From an uncultured SAR86 cluster bacterium (GTDB taxonomy: Bacteria; Pseudomonadota; Gammaproteobacteria; Magnimaribacterales; D2472): a stretch of DNA of 64,000 nucleotides. The notes under the pieces were generated by a model. The model was not told the DNA's origin. It saw nothing but the letters and a program-made list of their open reading frames with translations, and did no database searches. The stretch lies in contig CACJBO010000002.1 of NCBI GenBank assembly GCA_902591665.1, forward strand, positions 151,398-215,397, read 5' to 3'. Positions 10,681 through 21,614 of the stretch are shown piece by piece (positions within the stretch are counted from its first letter, which is position 1; each line of letters begins with the position of its first letter). The translations under genes and the position numbers were made by a program.

Positions 10681-12342
10681 TTAATCTGTAATAGCTCCAA
10701 GGCTTGCAGATTTTACACTTTTAGCAAATTTTGACAAAACTCCTTTTTGAGGAGGAATTTTTGGATTTGTCCAATTTGCTAATCTTTTTTCAATTTCTTC
10801 TGATGATACTTTGAGTGTTAGTTCATCTTTCTCAGCATCAATTAGAATAGTATCTCCGTCTTCAACAATAGCAATTACTCCACCATCAGCAGCTTCAGGA
10901 GTAATATGCCCGACCACAAATCCGTGAGTACCACCTGAAAACCTTCCATCTGTAATAAATCCTACTTTATCTCCTAAGCCTTGGCCCATAATTGCAGATG
11001 TTGGTTTCAACATTTCACGCATTCCAGGACCTCCCTTTGGTCCTTCATATCTAATAACCACCACATCACCAGCTTCAATGGATTTATTTAATATCGCTTC
11101 AACGCCTTCCTCTTCAGAATTGAAAACTCTAGCTTTTCCTTCAAAAGAAGTTCCCTCTTTTCCAGTTATTTTTGCCACAGCACCCTCTGATGCTAAATTT
11201 CCGTATAGAATTCTAAGATGACTTGTTGACTTAATTGGGTTCTCAAAACTCCTTATGATGTTTTGATTATCTGCATAAGGTTTAACATTAGACAAGTTTT
11301 CAGCCAGAGTGTTACCAGTAACTGTTATGCATTCTCCATGAAGCAACCCCTTATCAAGAAGTGTTTTCATCAGAGGCTGTATACCTCCGTTAGCATTGAG
11401 TTCTGACATGTAATGAGAACCAAAAGGCTTTAAATCTGCCATAACAGGAGTCTTTTTACCAATTCTTGTAAAATCATCTAAATCTAATTGCACACCAATT
11501 GCATGAGCCATTGCTAGCATATGCAGAACTGCATTTGTAGAACCCCCAAGTGATATAACCACAGTAATTGCATTTTCAAATGCTTCCTTGGTCATTATGT
11601 CAGAAGGTTTTATATCCTTGTCTAGAAGGTTCATAATTGCCTGGCCTGAACCAATGCAATCTTTTTGCTTATCATCAGAAGTTGCATCTTGGCTACTGCT
11701 ACCAGGCAAACTCATTCCAAGCGCTTCAATTGCTGATGCCATTGTATTTGCTGTATACATACCACCACATGAACCAGGGCCTTTGACTGAAATTTTCTCA
11801 ACGTGGATTAAGTCAGATTCTTCTAATTCACCTTTTGAAAATTCTCCAGTCTTCTCGCAGACAGTAACATAGTCAGTATTTTCAGAACTCGGCTTTATTG
11901 AACCGCCGTATATAAATATAGAAGGCCTATTAAGCCTTGCTAAACCAATGATGCAGCCAGGCATATTTTTATCACATCCACCAATAGCAATGACACCGTC
12001 ATAGCCCAAACACCCAACAACAGTTTCAATTGAATCAGCTATAACTTCTCTTGAAACTAAGGAATATTTCATTCCTTGCGTTCCCATAGATATTCCATCT
12101 GAAACGGTAATTGTATTAAATAGAACTCCCTTGCCACCAGAGTCATCAATAGAATGCTCAACTACATCAGCTAATTGATTTATATGCATGTTGCATGGAG
12201 TGACCTTTGCACCAGTTGATGCTATGCCAACAAATGGTTTTTTAAAATCCTCAGACGTAAACCCAACTCCCCTAAGCATAGATCTTGAGGCAGCTTGATT
12301 TGGGCCATCTACAAGATCTTTTGAAAATTTTCTATTTGTCAT
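10681..12342 (-). CDS. ilvD: Dihydroxy-acid dehydratase
   Basis: PCNMH, GCDKNMPG, CGGMYTANTM, TDGRFSGGT. Confidence 0.96.
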   Translation of the reverse strand: MTNRKFSKDLVDGPNQAASRSMLRGVGFTSEDFKKPFVGIASTGAKVTPCNMHINQLADVVEHSIDDSGGKGVLFNTITVSDGISMGTQGMKYSLVSREVIADSIETVVGCLGYDGVIAIGGCDKNMPGCIIGLARLNRPSIFIYGGSIKPSSENTDYVTVCEKTGEFSKGELEESDLIHVEKISVKGPGSCGGMYTANTMASAIEALGMSLPGSSSQDATSDDKQKDCIGSGQAIMNLLDKDIKPSDIMTKEAFENAITVVISLGGSTNAVLHMLAMAHAIGVQLDLDDFTRIGKKTPVMADLKPFGSHYMSELNANGGIQPLMKTLLDKGLLHGECITVTGNTLAENLSNVKPYADNQNIIRSFENPIKSTSHLRILYGNLASEGAVAKITGKEGTSFEGKARVFNSEEEGVEAILNKSIEAGDVVVIRYEGPKGGPGMREMLKPTSAIMGQGLGDKVGFITDGRFSGGTHGFVVGHITPEAADGGVIAIVEDGDTILIDAEKDELTLKVSSEEIEKRLANWTNPKIPPQKGVLSKFAKSVKSASLGAITD

Positions 12343-12347
12343 AATTT

Positions 12348-13946
12348 TTATTCAGATGCATACCTTAAAGCAGCTGTTAATAGTTTTTTAGTATATTCTT
12401 CTTTTGGTTCATCAAAAACTTCCTCTGAAATTCCAGACTCAACAATCTCACCATTTTTCATTACAAAAATATAATCTGACATTGATCTTATAACTTTTAA
12501 GTCATGACTGATAAAAAGATAGGTCAAGCCATATTCATCTTGAATACTCTTAAGAAGATTTATTACTTGTATTTGGATTGATCTATCTAATGCAGAAGTA
12601 GGTTCATCTAAAATCATAAATGAAGGATTCATTATTAATGATCTTGCAATAGCAATTCTCTGTCTTTGTCCTCCTGAAAACTCATGTGGATATTTATTTT
12701 TTGCATTAACTTCTATTCCTACATCTGATAAAACCTTATCTATTTTTAATTCTCTTTCTTTTTTTGATAATTTGAAATGAACTCCTAGCCCTTCTCCAAC
12801 TATCTCTCCAATTGTCATCCTTGGTGAAAGGGAGCCATAAGGATCTTGAAAGACTATTTGGATATTCTTTTTTAGATCTTTCTTTTCTTTAGAAGAATTT
12901 GAATTAAGATCTTTGCCTTTAAAAAATACATCGCCTTCATAAGAAATCAAATTTGCGATTGCTTTTCCAAGAGTTGACTTTCCAGACCCGGATTCACCCA
13001 CCAATCCAATCGTAGTGTTTTCAAATATTTTGAATGAAACATCTTTTACAGCATGGAACGTGCTTTTTTTAAAAATATTTGCAGAAGGAATGTTGTAGTA
13101 AACATTTAAATTATCTACTTGTATTATTGGATTTTTACTTATAGTGCTAGTTTCTTTAGGTTTTGGCTCGGCATCTAAAAGTCTTTTGGTGTAATCATGA
13201 TCTGGATTATTAAAAACATCTGATGTAACTCCTTGCTCAACAATAATGCCATCTTTCATTACACATACATGATCTGAAAACTGCTGAACTAGACCAAGAT
13301 CATGAGTTATAAATAAAATTGACATGCCTAGTTCATTTTTTAATTTAGACATCAAATCTAAAATTTGAGCCTGAATAGTTACATCTAATGCTGTGGTAGG
13401 CTCATCTGCTATAAGTAATTGGGGTTTATTAACTAATGCCATTGCGATCATAATTCTTTGCCTTTGACCACCAGATAATTCATGAGGATATGCATAAAAT
13501 CTTCTTTCAATATCATCTATTTCTACAAGCTCTAAGAGTTTTTTAGCTTCATCTATGGCTTCTTTTTTTGTACTGTCAGTGTGAAGTAATATTGATTCTG
13601 CTATTTGATCGCCAACTCTATGATATGGGTTTAATGATGTCATTGGTTCTTGGAAAACCATTGAAACGATGTTGCCCCTGATATTTAGCAATTTATTTTT
13701 AGAAGCATCAATTATTTCATCGCCTTTAAATTTTATGGATGAAGCTTGCGAATATGATGCCTGAGGTCTTGGCAATAATTGAAGAATAGACATTGCAGTA
13801 ACAGATTTTCCAGATCCAGACTCGCCAACAAGCGCCATTGTCTTATTACTTTGTATATTAAAACTTATATTATCTACTGCTTTAAAACTACCATCCCTGG
13901 TAGCAAAATTTATACTTAAGTTGTTAATTTCTAATATATTACTCAT
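12348..13946 (-). CDS. Peptide/nickel-type ABC transporter ATP-binding protein, two fused NBDs (YejF-like)
   Basis: Two GESGSGKS Walker A and two LSGGQRQR/FSGGQRQR signatures. Confidence 0.9.
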   Translation of the reverse strand: MSNILEINNLSINFATRDGSFKAVDNISFNIQSNKTMALVGESGSGKSVTAMSILQLLPRPQASYSQASSIKFKGDEIIDASKNKLLNIRGNIVSMVFQEPMTSLNPYHRVGDQIAESILLHTDSTKKEAIDEAKKLLELVEIDDIERRFYAYPHELSGGQRQRIMIAMALVNKPQLLIADEPTTALDVTIQAQILDLMSKLKNELGMSILFITHDLGLVQQFSDHVCVMKDGIIVEQGVTSDVFNNPDHDYTKRLLDAEPKPKETSTISKNPIIQVDNLNVYYNIPSANIFKKSTFHAVKDVSFKIFENTTIGLVGESGSGKSTLGKAIANLISYEGDVFFKGKDLNSNSSKEKKDLKKNIQIVFQDPYGSLSPRMTIGEIVGEGLGVHFKLSKKERELKIDKVLSDVGIEVNAKNKYPHEFSGGQRQRIAIARSLIMNPSFMILDEPTSALDRSIQIQVINLLKSIQDEYGLTYLFISHDLKVIRSMSDYIFVMKNGEIVESGISEEVFDEPKEEYTKKLLTAALRYASE

Positions 13947-14950
13947 AGTATTTCTTTATACTCTCTTAAAAAATCATCCACAGCTATTTGAGCAGCTTTG
14001 ATTCGTGTTGCAGATGCAAAGCCATGAAACATATTAGGATAATGCAATTGTTTTACTTTATCTCCTTTTTCATGCAACAAATATGCATACTTTTCTCCAT
14101 CGTCGCACAGAGGATCAAATCCAGCAGTTATAATTACAGTGTTTGGCATTGTCAAATCAGTATCTAACTTCAGCAAATTAAACACTTGGTCTTTTATGTT
14201 CTCTTCACTTTTGCCAAATTTTTCCCAAAACCAAATCATCGTTTTCTTTGTTAGCAAATAACCTTCTGCTAGGTCATCATATGATTCAGATTTACATTCA
14301 GGATCACACATAGGATAAATCAAGAGCTGACTGTCAGGAAGTCTGTCGCTGTTATCAGCTATAAGTTTATGAACCAATGAAGCCGCTAAGTGAGCGCCTG
14401 CACTATCCCCACATACAGAAATATTATCCGATGTATATCCATTTTTCTCTAACCATTCATAAGCCAATAATGCATCATCTAATGAATCTGGATATTTATT
14501 CTCAGGAGAAAGTCTGTATTCTAAAGAAAAAAATCTCGCCTGTAATTTTTCAGCCATATAAGAAACTGTATCGTCGTGCGTTTCAACAGAATTTAATACA
14601 TAGCCACCACCATGAAAAAATAAAACCACCTTATCAGTATTTATAGAATCAGGATTATATTCACGAAGTAAAATATTTTTATCATTACCTACAAAGTGGT
14701 CGAGCTTCATGACCGGATTTTTTGTGCCTAGTGACAACTTGTTTTTAATTCTATTTTCTGTGATCAGCTTTCTAATATCAGAAATTTCGTTATCTGGTAT
14801 GGTCGTAAGATCTATTGATGGTTGAAGGCTAATTAAAGCTTGAGACTGTTGGTCAAAAATATGTCCTCTATACGGAGGTCTCTTTTTAATAAAGATATTA
14901 AAAAACCACGACGGTATAAGAAAAAAAAATTTTAAAAGCATAGTTCTCAT
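13943..14950 (-). CDS. Alpha/beta hydrolase, HSL-family esterase/lipase
   Basis: HGGG oxyanion motif, GDSAG nucleophile, DPLCD, HGF. Confidence 0.9.
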   Translation of the reverse strand: MRTMLLKFFFLIPSWFFNIFIKKRPPYRGHIFDQQSQALISLQPSIDLTTIPDNEISDIRKLITENRIKNKLSLGTKNPVMKLDHFVGNDKNILLREYNPDSINTDKVVLFFHGGGYVLNSVETHDDTVSYMAEKLQARFFSLEYRLSPENKYPDSLDDALLAYEWLEKNGYTSDNISVCGDSAGAHLAASLVHKLIADNSDRLPDSQLLIYPMCDPECKSESYDDLAEGYLLTKKTMIWFWEKFGKSEENIKDQVFNLLKLDTDLTMPNTVIITAGFDPLCDDGEKYAYLLHEKGDKVKQLHYPNMFHGFASATRIKAAQIAVDDFLREYKEIL

Positions 14951-15011
14951 GATTCTTATAAATAATGTTGTACTTTATTTTAATAACTTAGAAGTTTATT
15001 CTTTACACTCT

Positions 15012-15428
15012 ATGAAGAAATTTATTGCAATTATACTCCTATCTTTAAATTTATACTCTAATTCGAATACGTCTGATTTTTTAATTAAGCAAAATAATGT
15101 CTTGCCTGCTAATGAAGCCTTTAATATTGAAACAACCATAAGTGATGATTCCATATTTATTTCATGGGATGTTATGGAAGGATACTACTTGTATTCTAAA
15201 AGTATAAAAATTGAAAACAATTATGAAGCATTAAACTTTGAAGTTTTGGAATCTGAGGAATCTATCCATAACGATGAGTTCTTTGGTGAAAGTAAAATAT
15301 TTAGAGACAAAATATTAATTAAATTAAATAAATCTATAGGGTTGGATTTAAATAATATATTGATAAAATATCAAGGCTGTGCAGATGTAGGTATCTGTTA
15401 TCCAATTCAAATACATAAACTTCTTTAA
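15012..15428 (+). CDS. Stand-alone DsbD N-terminal (alpha) domain protein
   Basis: Signal peptide from ATG 15012 (MKKFIAIILLS); GYYLY, HNDEFFG and YQGCADVGICYP motifs; stop immediately after the domain. Confidence 0.8.
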   Translation: MKKFIAIILLSLNLYSNSNTSDFLIKQNNVLPANEAFNIETTISDDSIFISWDVMEGYYLYSKSIKIENNYEALNFEVLESEESIHNDEFFGESKIFRDKILIKLNKSIGLDLNNILIKYQGCADVGICYPIQIHKLL

Positions 15429-15454
15429 AAATATAATAAATTTCGCTTAAATTC

Positions 15455-15463
15455 TGCTAAAAT
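15455..15463 (+). promoter_or_regulatory. Extended -10 promoter (TGcTAAAAT) 7 nt before the aroQ ATG
   Basis: Sequence match only; no SD between the box and the ATG. Confidence 0.5.
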
Positions 15464-15470
15464 CTTAAAA

Positions 15471-15914
15471 ATGAACATTTTATTAATAAATGGACCTAAT
15501 CTAAACTTATTAGGTACGAGAGAAATAGATATATATGGTGAGATGACCTTATCAGAGCTTGAGGAAAATCTTGTACTTATTGCTAAGAATCAAGGCCATA
15601 AATTACATTGCGTACAAACCAATGCTGAGCATGAAATAATTGATGCAATTCATGATGCAAAACTCAAAAACAATATTGATTCAATTGTAATTAACCCTGG
15701 TGCTTTCACTCACACAAGCATAGCGATAAGAGATGCTCTTTCTGGAGTAGAAATACCATTCTATGAGGTGCACATTTCAGACATCAATAATAGAGAAGAT
15801 TTTCGAAAATTTTCATATCTTTCTGATATAGCAAAAAAAGTATTCTCAGGACAAGGTTTAAAGGGTTATGAATTAGCACTCAATGATGCTATTAATAATA
15901 ATTTGGAGAAATAG
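15471..15914 (+). CDS. aroQ: Type II 3-dehydroquinate dehydratase
   Basis: INGPNLNLLGTRE, INPGAFTHTSIAIRDA, EVHISD. Confidence 0.96.
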   Translation: MNILLINGPNLNLLGTREIDIYGEMTLSELEENLVLIAKNQGHKLHCVQTNAEHEIIDAIHDAKLKNNIDSIVINPGAFTHTSIAIRDALSGVEIPFYEVHISDINNREDFRKFSYLSDIAKKVFSGQGLKGYELALNDAINNNLEK

Positions 15915-16355
15915 ATGGATATTAGAAAGATTAAAAAGTTAATAGAAATGTTACAAGATTCAGATCTTAAAGAAATAGAAGTCAGCCAAGGAGACGAATC
16001 AGTTCGTATTTCAAGAGACAATAGTTCTCAAACATATGCGGAACCAATAATACAAAAACAAGTTATTCATGACGCTTCCAATATTGTCTCTCAAAAAGAA
16101 ATACCTAAAGAAGAAGTTAAGGGTAACAAAGTTACATCACCAATAGTTGGGACTTTTTATAGAAAACCAAGTCCTGACAAGGATCCTTTTATAAAAGTTG
16201 GTGATGAAGTTAAAGAAGGGGATATTCTTTGCATCATTGAAGCCATGAAAATGATGAACGAAATAAAATCTGATTTTAGCGGTAAAGTAGTTTCAATTGA
16301 AGTAGAAGATGGGCAACCAGTCGAGTACGGACAACATATCATAACAATCAACTAA
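15915..16355 (+). CDS. accB: Acetyl-CoA carboxylase biotin carboxyl carrier protein
   Basis: [11 protein letters not shown]; EAMKMMN biotinylation site. Confidence 0.96.
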   Translation: MDIRKIKKLIEMLQDSDLKEIEVSQGDESVRISRDNSSQTYAEPIIQKQVIHDASNIVSQKEIPKEEVKGNKVTSPIVGTFYRKPSPDKDPFIKVGDEVKEGDILCIIEAMKMMNEIKSDFSGKVVSIEVEDGQPVEYGQHIITIN

Positions 16356-16361
16356 ATTATC

Positions 16362-17711
16362 ATGCCTTTTAAAGTTCTCATCGCAAATAGAGGTGAAATA
16401 GCCCTTAGGGCTATAAGAGCCTGCAAAGAGTTAAATATTTCTACTGTTTCAGTATATTCAGAAGGTGATAAAGATTTAAAACATTTGAAATTTTCAGATG
16501 AAACAGTTTGCATCGGTCCAGCATCTCCGCTTGAAAGCTATCTTAATACACCAGCAATTCTTTCAGCTGCTGAATTAACTCAAGTAGACGCTATTTATCC
16601 AGGTTATGGTTTTCTTGCCGAAGATTCTAATTTTGCAGAGATGTGTGAAAAAAGTGGTTTTAAATTTATTGGTCCAAGTCCAGATACTATCAAAAATATG
16701 GGAGATAAAATAACTGCTAAGACATTAGCTGAAGACTCAGGTATTCAGATTGTTCCAGGTTATAAAAATGATATTCCAGAAGATCCCGAAGAATTTAAAA
16801 AAATTGCAAAAGAAATAGGATATCCAATCATGATTAAAGCAACTGCTGGCGGTGGTGGTCGCGGAATGAGGGTTGTTGAAAACGAAGATGATCTAATTTC
16901 AAGCGCTGAGATAACCATGCAAGAGGCAAAAAATGCCTTCGGCAATGAAAAGATTTATCTAGAGAAATTTATCCCCAATCCAAGACATATTGAAATTCAG
17001 GTTGTCGGAGATGGAAAAGGTCATGCGATACATTTAGGAACTAGAGATTGCAGCATGCAAAGAAGACATCAGAAAATTATTGAAGAAGCACCTGCAAAAA
17101 ATATAGATCAAGATGCGCTCAATAAAACATATGAGGCATCTATAAACCTATGCAAAAAACTTAAATATGAGGGAGCTGGGACAATTGAATTTTTGTATGA
17201 AGATGGAGAATTTTACTTTATTGAAATGAATACGAGAATCCAGGTTGAACATCCTGTCACAGAAATGATTACTGGTTTTGATATTGTTAAAGCTCAACTT
17301 AGGATTGCACTTGGAATGGATATTAAATTAGACCAAGAGTCTATTAATTTTTTTGGCCACGCAATGGAATGCAGAATTAATGCAGAAGATCCTGTTACCT
17401 TCCAACCCTCTCCAGGAAAGATAACAAAAATGCATATTCCTGGTGGTTTTGGAATTAGATATGATTCACACATATATGGTGGATATACTGTTCCTCCATA
17501 TTATGATTCTCTTTTAGCGAAAATAATAACGCTTGCTAATACAAGAAATTCTGCTATCAAAAGAATGATAAGTGCATTAGATGAGTTTTTTATTGATGGT
17601 ATTAAAACCAATCATTCTCTTCATCAAAGAATTCTTCATGATGAAACTTTTGTTGCTAATAAGCATACAATTAACTATTTAGAAAATGAGTTTTTAAAAA
17701 ATGACAGCTGA
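16362..17711 (+). CDS. accC: Acetyl-CoA carboxylase biotin carboxylase
   Basis: [30 protein letters not shown]. Confidence 0.96.
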   Translation: MPFKVLIANRGEIALRAIRACKELNISTVSVYSEGDKDLKHLKFSDETVCIGPASPLESYLNTPAILSAAELTQVDAIYPGYGFLAEDSNFAEMCEKSGFKFIGPSPDTIKNMGDKITAKTLAEDSGIQIVPGYKNDIPEDPEEFKKIAKEIGYPIMIKATAGGGGRGMRVVENEDDLISSAEITMQEAKNAFGNEKIYLEKFIPNPRHIEIQVVGDGKGHAIHLGTRDCSMQRRHQKIIEEAPAKNIDQDALNKTYEASINLCKKLKYEGAGTIEFLYEDGEFYFIEMNTRIQVEHPVTEMITGFDIVKAQLRIALGMDIKLDQESINFFGHAMECRINAEDPVTFQPSPGKITKMHIPGGFGIRYDSHIYGGYTVPPYYDSLLAKIITLANTRNSAIKRMISALDEFFIDGIKTNHSLHQRILHDETFVANKHTINYLENEFLKNDS

Positions 17712-20115
17712 ATATAATCCAAAAAAAATTGAAGAATCTGCTCAAAAAAAGTGGATTGAGGATGGCAGATTTGAGGCAAAACCAGATGATCGTGAAAAAT
17801 ATTATTGCCTCTCAATGTTTCCATATCCATCAGGTAAGCTTCATATGGGTCATGTCAGAAACTATACCATTGGCGATGTAATATCTAGATATAAAAGAAT
17901 GAATAACTTTAATGTATTTCAACCAATGGGATGGGATGCGTTTGGATTGCCAGCAGAAAATGCAGCAATAGCAAATGAAGTAAGTCCAAAAGAATGGACA
18001 AATGACAACATAGAGCATATGAAGCAGCAACTCATATCACTAGGTTTAGGATATGACTGGTCAAAAGAGTTAAGAACCTGTGAACCAAATTATTATAAAT
18101 GGGAACAATTAATCTTTAAAAAATTCTTTGAAAAAGGTCTTGTATATAAGAAAAAATCTCTAGTTAACTGGGATCCCGTAGATGAAACTGTGCTTGCAAA
18201 TGAACAAGTAATAGATGGAAAAGGATGGAGATCTGGAGCTCCAGTAGAAATTAAAGAAATTGATCAGTGGTTTATAAAAATTACTGATTATGCTGATGAG
18301 CTACTCTCATCCTTAAACGAAGTTGATTGGCCAGAAAATGTGAAAACTATGCAAGAAAACTGGATAGGTAAATCTCATGGAGCAGAAATAAAATATCAAA
18401 TTAAAGATTCAGAGGAATATCTAACTGCTTTCTCAACAAGACCTGATACGATTTTTGGTGTCTCTTTTGTAGCTATTTCTCCTAATCATAAAATTGCTTT
18501 AAATCTATCGGAACAAGATAAAAAGATAGAATCTTTCCTTAAGCAATGCAAAGAAACATCGTCTGCAGAAGCGGATATGGCAAAGGCCGAAAAGCTTGGT
18601 ATAGATACTGGAATGAAGGTTATTCATCCGCTTACGAATGAAGAAATTCCAGTATGGATTGGTAATTTTGTTCTTCTTGATTATGGAACAGGTGTTGTTA
18701 TGGGTGTTCCAGGGCATGATCAAAGAGATTTTGAATTTGCTTCAAAATATAATCTTGATATCAATCAAGTTATATCAACTAGTGCCAATGATGAATTACC
18801 TGTTCTTACCAGAGGAATCTTGCTTAACTCTGATAAATACAATGATCTAGATTCTGATTCGGCATCAAAAAAAATCATTGAAGAGCTAAGTGAAAAAAAT
18901 CTTGGTGAAGGACTTATACAATTTCGATTAAGAGACTGGGGCGTTAGTAGACAAAGATATTGGGGATGTCCAATACCTGTTATATATGAAAATGGTGATG
19001 CTAAATTAGTTGAAGAAAATGAACTTCCTGTAGTTCTTCCTGAGTTACCAAAAGATTCTCCGCCAATTCCGCTAAGTCAGAATAAAGAGTTTTATAAAAT
19101 ATCTGATGGGGTTGAAAGAGAAACTGATACATTTGATACCTTTATGGATTCATCTTGGTACTACGCTCGATTTACTTCTGCAGATAATGATAGTGAAATT
19201 TTTGATGAAAATTCAAAGTATTGGCTTCCTGTAGATTTATATATTGGCGGTATTGAACACGCAATACTGCACTTACTTTATTCAAGATTTTTTCATAAGG
19301 CTCTTAGAGACATGGGTATGGTTGAGGGTAACGAACCATTTAAAAAACTTTTAACGCAAGGCATGGTTCTTAAAGATGGTGCAAAGATGTCAAAATCAAA
19401 GGGCAATACAGTTGATCCACAGTCCTATATTGATAAATATGGCGCTGATACCGTAAGACTTTATATGATGTTCACTGCGCCACCGGAACAAAGCCTGGAA
19501 TGGTCTGAATCTTCTGTTGAGGGAGCATCAAGGTTTATAAAAAAGGTGTGGAATTTAGTTATAAGCAGAAATTATGAAGACATCAATACTCCAGATAACT
19601 TTTCAAAAGAAGAACTAGATTTAAGAAGAAAAACACATACAACACTAAAAAAAGTTACTAATGATTTTGAAACAAGATTTTCTTTTAATACTGCTATAGC
19701 TTCAATAATGGAGCTGCTAAATGCTATACCGGATAATTTTAAAGATGAAGATGCATCAAACTCAAAAAAATATTGTTTAAATGAAGCAATAATTATTATT
19801 CTTAAAACTCTTAATCCTATTGCGCCGCATGTATCAGAATTCTTATGGAATCATTTTTATAACTTGAATGCCCCAGAAGAAATAGAATCCTCGTGGCCAA
19901 AAGTTAAAGACAGCTTATTAGAAGTATCTGAATTTGAATTAGTAATACAAATTAATGGAAAGGTTAGAGGCAAGACAACTGCTAAAATTGAAGATACCCA
20001 AAACCACATAGAGGAAAGGGCAAAAAAAATTGAGAATGTTGCCATCAATCTTGATGGGAAAAATATAAAAAAAGTAATTTATATCAAGGGAAAAATCATT
20101 AATTTTGTTATCTAG
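17701..20115 (+). CDS. leuS: Leucine--tRNA ligase
   Basis: [13 protein letters not shown] (HIGH) and KMSKS. Confidence 0.97.
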   Translation: MTAEYNPKKIEESAQKKWIEDGRFEAKPDDREKYYCLSMFPYPSGKLHMGHVRNYTIGDVISRYKRMNNFNVFQPMGWDAFGLPAENAAIANEVSPKEWTNDNIEHMKQQLISLGLGYDWSKELRTCEPNYYKWEQLIFKKFFEKGLVYKKKSLVNWDPVDETVLANEQVIDGKGWRSGAPVEIKEIDQWFIKITDYADELLSSLNEVDWPENVKTMQENWIGKSHGAEIKYQIKDSEEYLTAFSTRPDTIFGVSFVAISPNHKIALNLSEQDKKIESFLKQCKETSSAEADMAKAEKLGIDTGMKVIHPLTNEEIPVWIGNFVLLDYGTGVVMGVPGHDQRDFEFASKYNLDINQVISTSANDELPVLTRGILLNSDKYNDLDSDSASKKIIEELSEKNLGEGLIQFRLRDWGVSRQRYWGCPIPVIYENGDAKLVEENELPVVLPELPKDSPPIPLSQNKEFYKISDGVERETDTFDTFMDSSWYYARFTSADNDSEIFDENSKYWLPVDLYIGGIEHAILHLLYSRFFHKALRDMGMVEGNEPFKKLLTQGMVLKDGAKMSKSKGNTVDPQSYIDKYGADTVRLYMMFTAPPEQSLEWSESSVEGASRFIKKVWNLVISRNYEDINTPDNFSKEELDLRRKTHTTLKKVTNDFETRFSFNTAIASIMELLNAIPDNFKDEDASNSKKYCLNEAIIIILKTLNPIAPHVSEFLWNHFYNLNAPEEIESSWPKVKDSLLEVSEFELVIQINGKVRGKTTAKIEDTQNHIEERAKKIENVAINLDGKNIKKVIYIKGKIINFVI

Positions 20116-20137
20116 GTAATTTATTTTTGTTATTACT

Positions 20138-20165
20138 TTGATATTTTTTATTTGCTAGTTAAGAT
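20138..20165 (+). promoter_or_regulatory. Sigma70-like promoter TTGATA-N16-TAAGAT, 7 nt before the lptE ATG
   Basis: Sequence match only. Confidence 0.5.
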
Positions 20166-20172
20166 AAATTTT

Positions 20173-20640
20173 ATGAAGCTTCGTTATTGTTTAATTTTTT
20201 TTATTAGTATATTTGTTGTTTCAAGCTGTAGTTATAGCCAAATAGCATTAGGTCCCAATAGTAGGGAAAACTATTTGGTCTACTATGACGATTCCATTCC
20301 TAACTCACTTAAAGAAATATTAGATATATCTTTCAATCACTCAACCCTTGAGGATGAAAAAAAAATTCGCATTTATTTAAGAGACTTTGATTCAAATAAT
20401 TACAATGTATATGCCGGATCGTCACTTAGGTCGCTTGAGGGTGAAGTAACTGCAAGCGTCCAACTTGAAATTATTAGTAAATTAAAAACAATAAATAAAA
20501 GTATTAAAGTAATGAAAAGACATAAATCGAGCGAGCTAAATCCTTTTGCTGAACAAGAGACAGTCGAAAGTCTAAAAAAAATTATTAATAATGAAATATA
20601 TAACCAATTACTATTAGAGGTTAGTCTCTTTGAAATGTGA
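20173..20640 (+). CDS. lptE: LptE-like lipoprotein (LPS assembly)
   Basis: Start moved to ATG 20173; lipobox-like VSSC; sits in the conserved leuS-lptE-holA position. The sequence itself is divergent. Confidence 0.6.
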   Translation: MKLRYCLIFFISIFVVSSCSYSQIALGPNSRENYLVYYDDSIPNSLKEILDISFNHSTLEDEKKIRIYLRDFDSNNYNVYAGSSLRSLEGEVTASVQLEIISKLKTINKSIKVMKRHKSSELNPFAEQETVESLKKIINNEIYNQLLLEVSLFEM

Positions 20641-21610
20641 ATCGCTCTCTCTAGGAAAATATCTAGAGAAATCTCAAAATATTTTTTTTATATTTGGCTC
20701 TGAGGTTGTTCTGAGAAATAATTCAAAAGATTTAATTAAAGAATATTTATCTCAAAAAGGATTTATTGAAAGAAGGCTTATAACCAAAGAAAACTTTGAT
20801 AACATTGAGCAGATCATTATTGAGAGTTCTGGTGGGTCTCTTTTTGGATCTAAATTGATAATTGATATAAGTCATGATCAAGGACGATTGCCAGATAAAA
20901 TAGAAAAGATATTTCAAATAGAAAATATTTTTAATAATGAAAATATTGCCATTATTATTAATTCTCATAACGAAAAATTAAACAGCAAAACAAAACTATA
21001 TAAAGCAATGGAAAAAAATGCGCTCATCATTGAGTGTAGTAAATTAAAATCTTTTGAAGAAAAAATCTGGTTGAAAGCACAGTTAGGATTTATTCCTGAA
21101 CAGGATAGAAAAAGTCTTATACAAAACATATATGAATTGAATGCTGGGAACCTGGTTGCTCAACAAAATGAAATAAATATCCTGAAATTAATTTACAAAA
21201 ACGGTATTGATATTTCCAAGCTTTTTTATTCAGATTCAGCTGAATTTGAGCCTTTTGAGCTTGAAGATGCTCTAACAAGCTTAAATACAAAACATGCATT
21301 GAGAATTACTGGCTCAATAAAAGATTCTGAAGCACATTATGCCCCTCTATTAGTTTGGATAATTGGAAAAATTATTACTAGCTCGACTATTGCAAAACAA
21401 AACATAAACCCTAAATTAAGCCTTGAAAAGTCAGGTATCTGGAGTAGCAAAATTGCTAGTTATATGAATTTCATTAAATTTCATTCTTTACAAAAACTTA
21501 TATCATTGCAAAAAAATGTTTATGAGCTTGATCTTACTAGCAAAGGCTTATCTAAAAAAAATTTCTGGGATGATGTAGATAGAATGATTATAAGCATGAC
21601 TACTAATTAA
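20630..21610 (+). CDS. holA: DNA polymerase III subunit delta
   Basis: TTG start; IFGSE, SLFGS, AGNLVAQQNEINIL; synteny with leuS-lptE. Confidence 0.85.
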   Translation: MKCESLSLGKYLEKSQNIFFIFGSEVVLRNNSKDLIKEYLSQKGFIERRLITKENFDNIEQIIIESSGGSLFGSKLIIDISHDQGRLPDKIEKIFQIENIFNNENIAIIINSHNEKLNSKTKLYKAMEKNALIIECSKLKSFEEKIWLKAQLGFIPEQDRKSLIQNIYELNAGNLVAQQNEINILKLIYKNGIDISKLFYSDSAEFEPFELEDALTSLNTKHALRITGSIKDSEAHYAPLLVWIIGKIITSSTIAKQNINPKLSLEKSGIWSSKIASYMNFIKFHSLQKLISLQKNVYELDLTSKGLSKKNFWDDVDRMIISMTTN

Positions 21611-21614
21611 AATA

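Noticed and set aside
17701-20115. LeuS is short (804 aa), lacks the leucine-specific insertion and has no Cys in the ZN1 region
   Set aside because: Both variants (WDPVD...GWRSG; [13 protein letters not shown]) are common among bacterial LeuRS enzymes.
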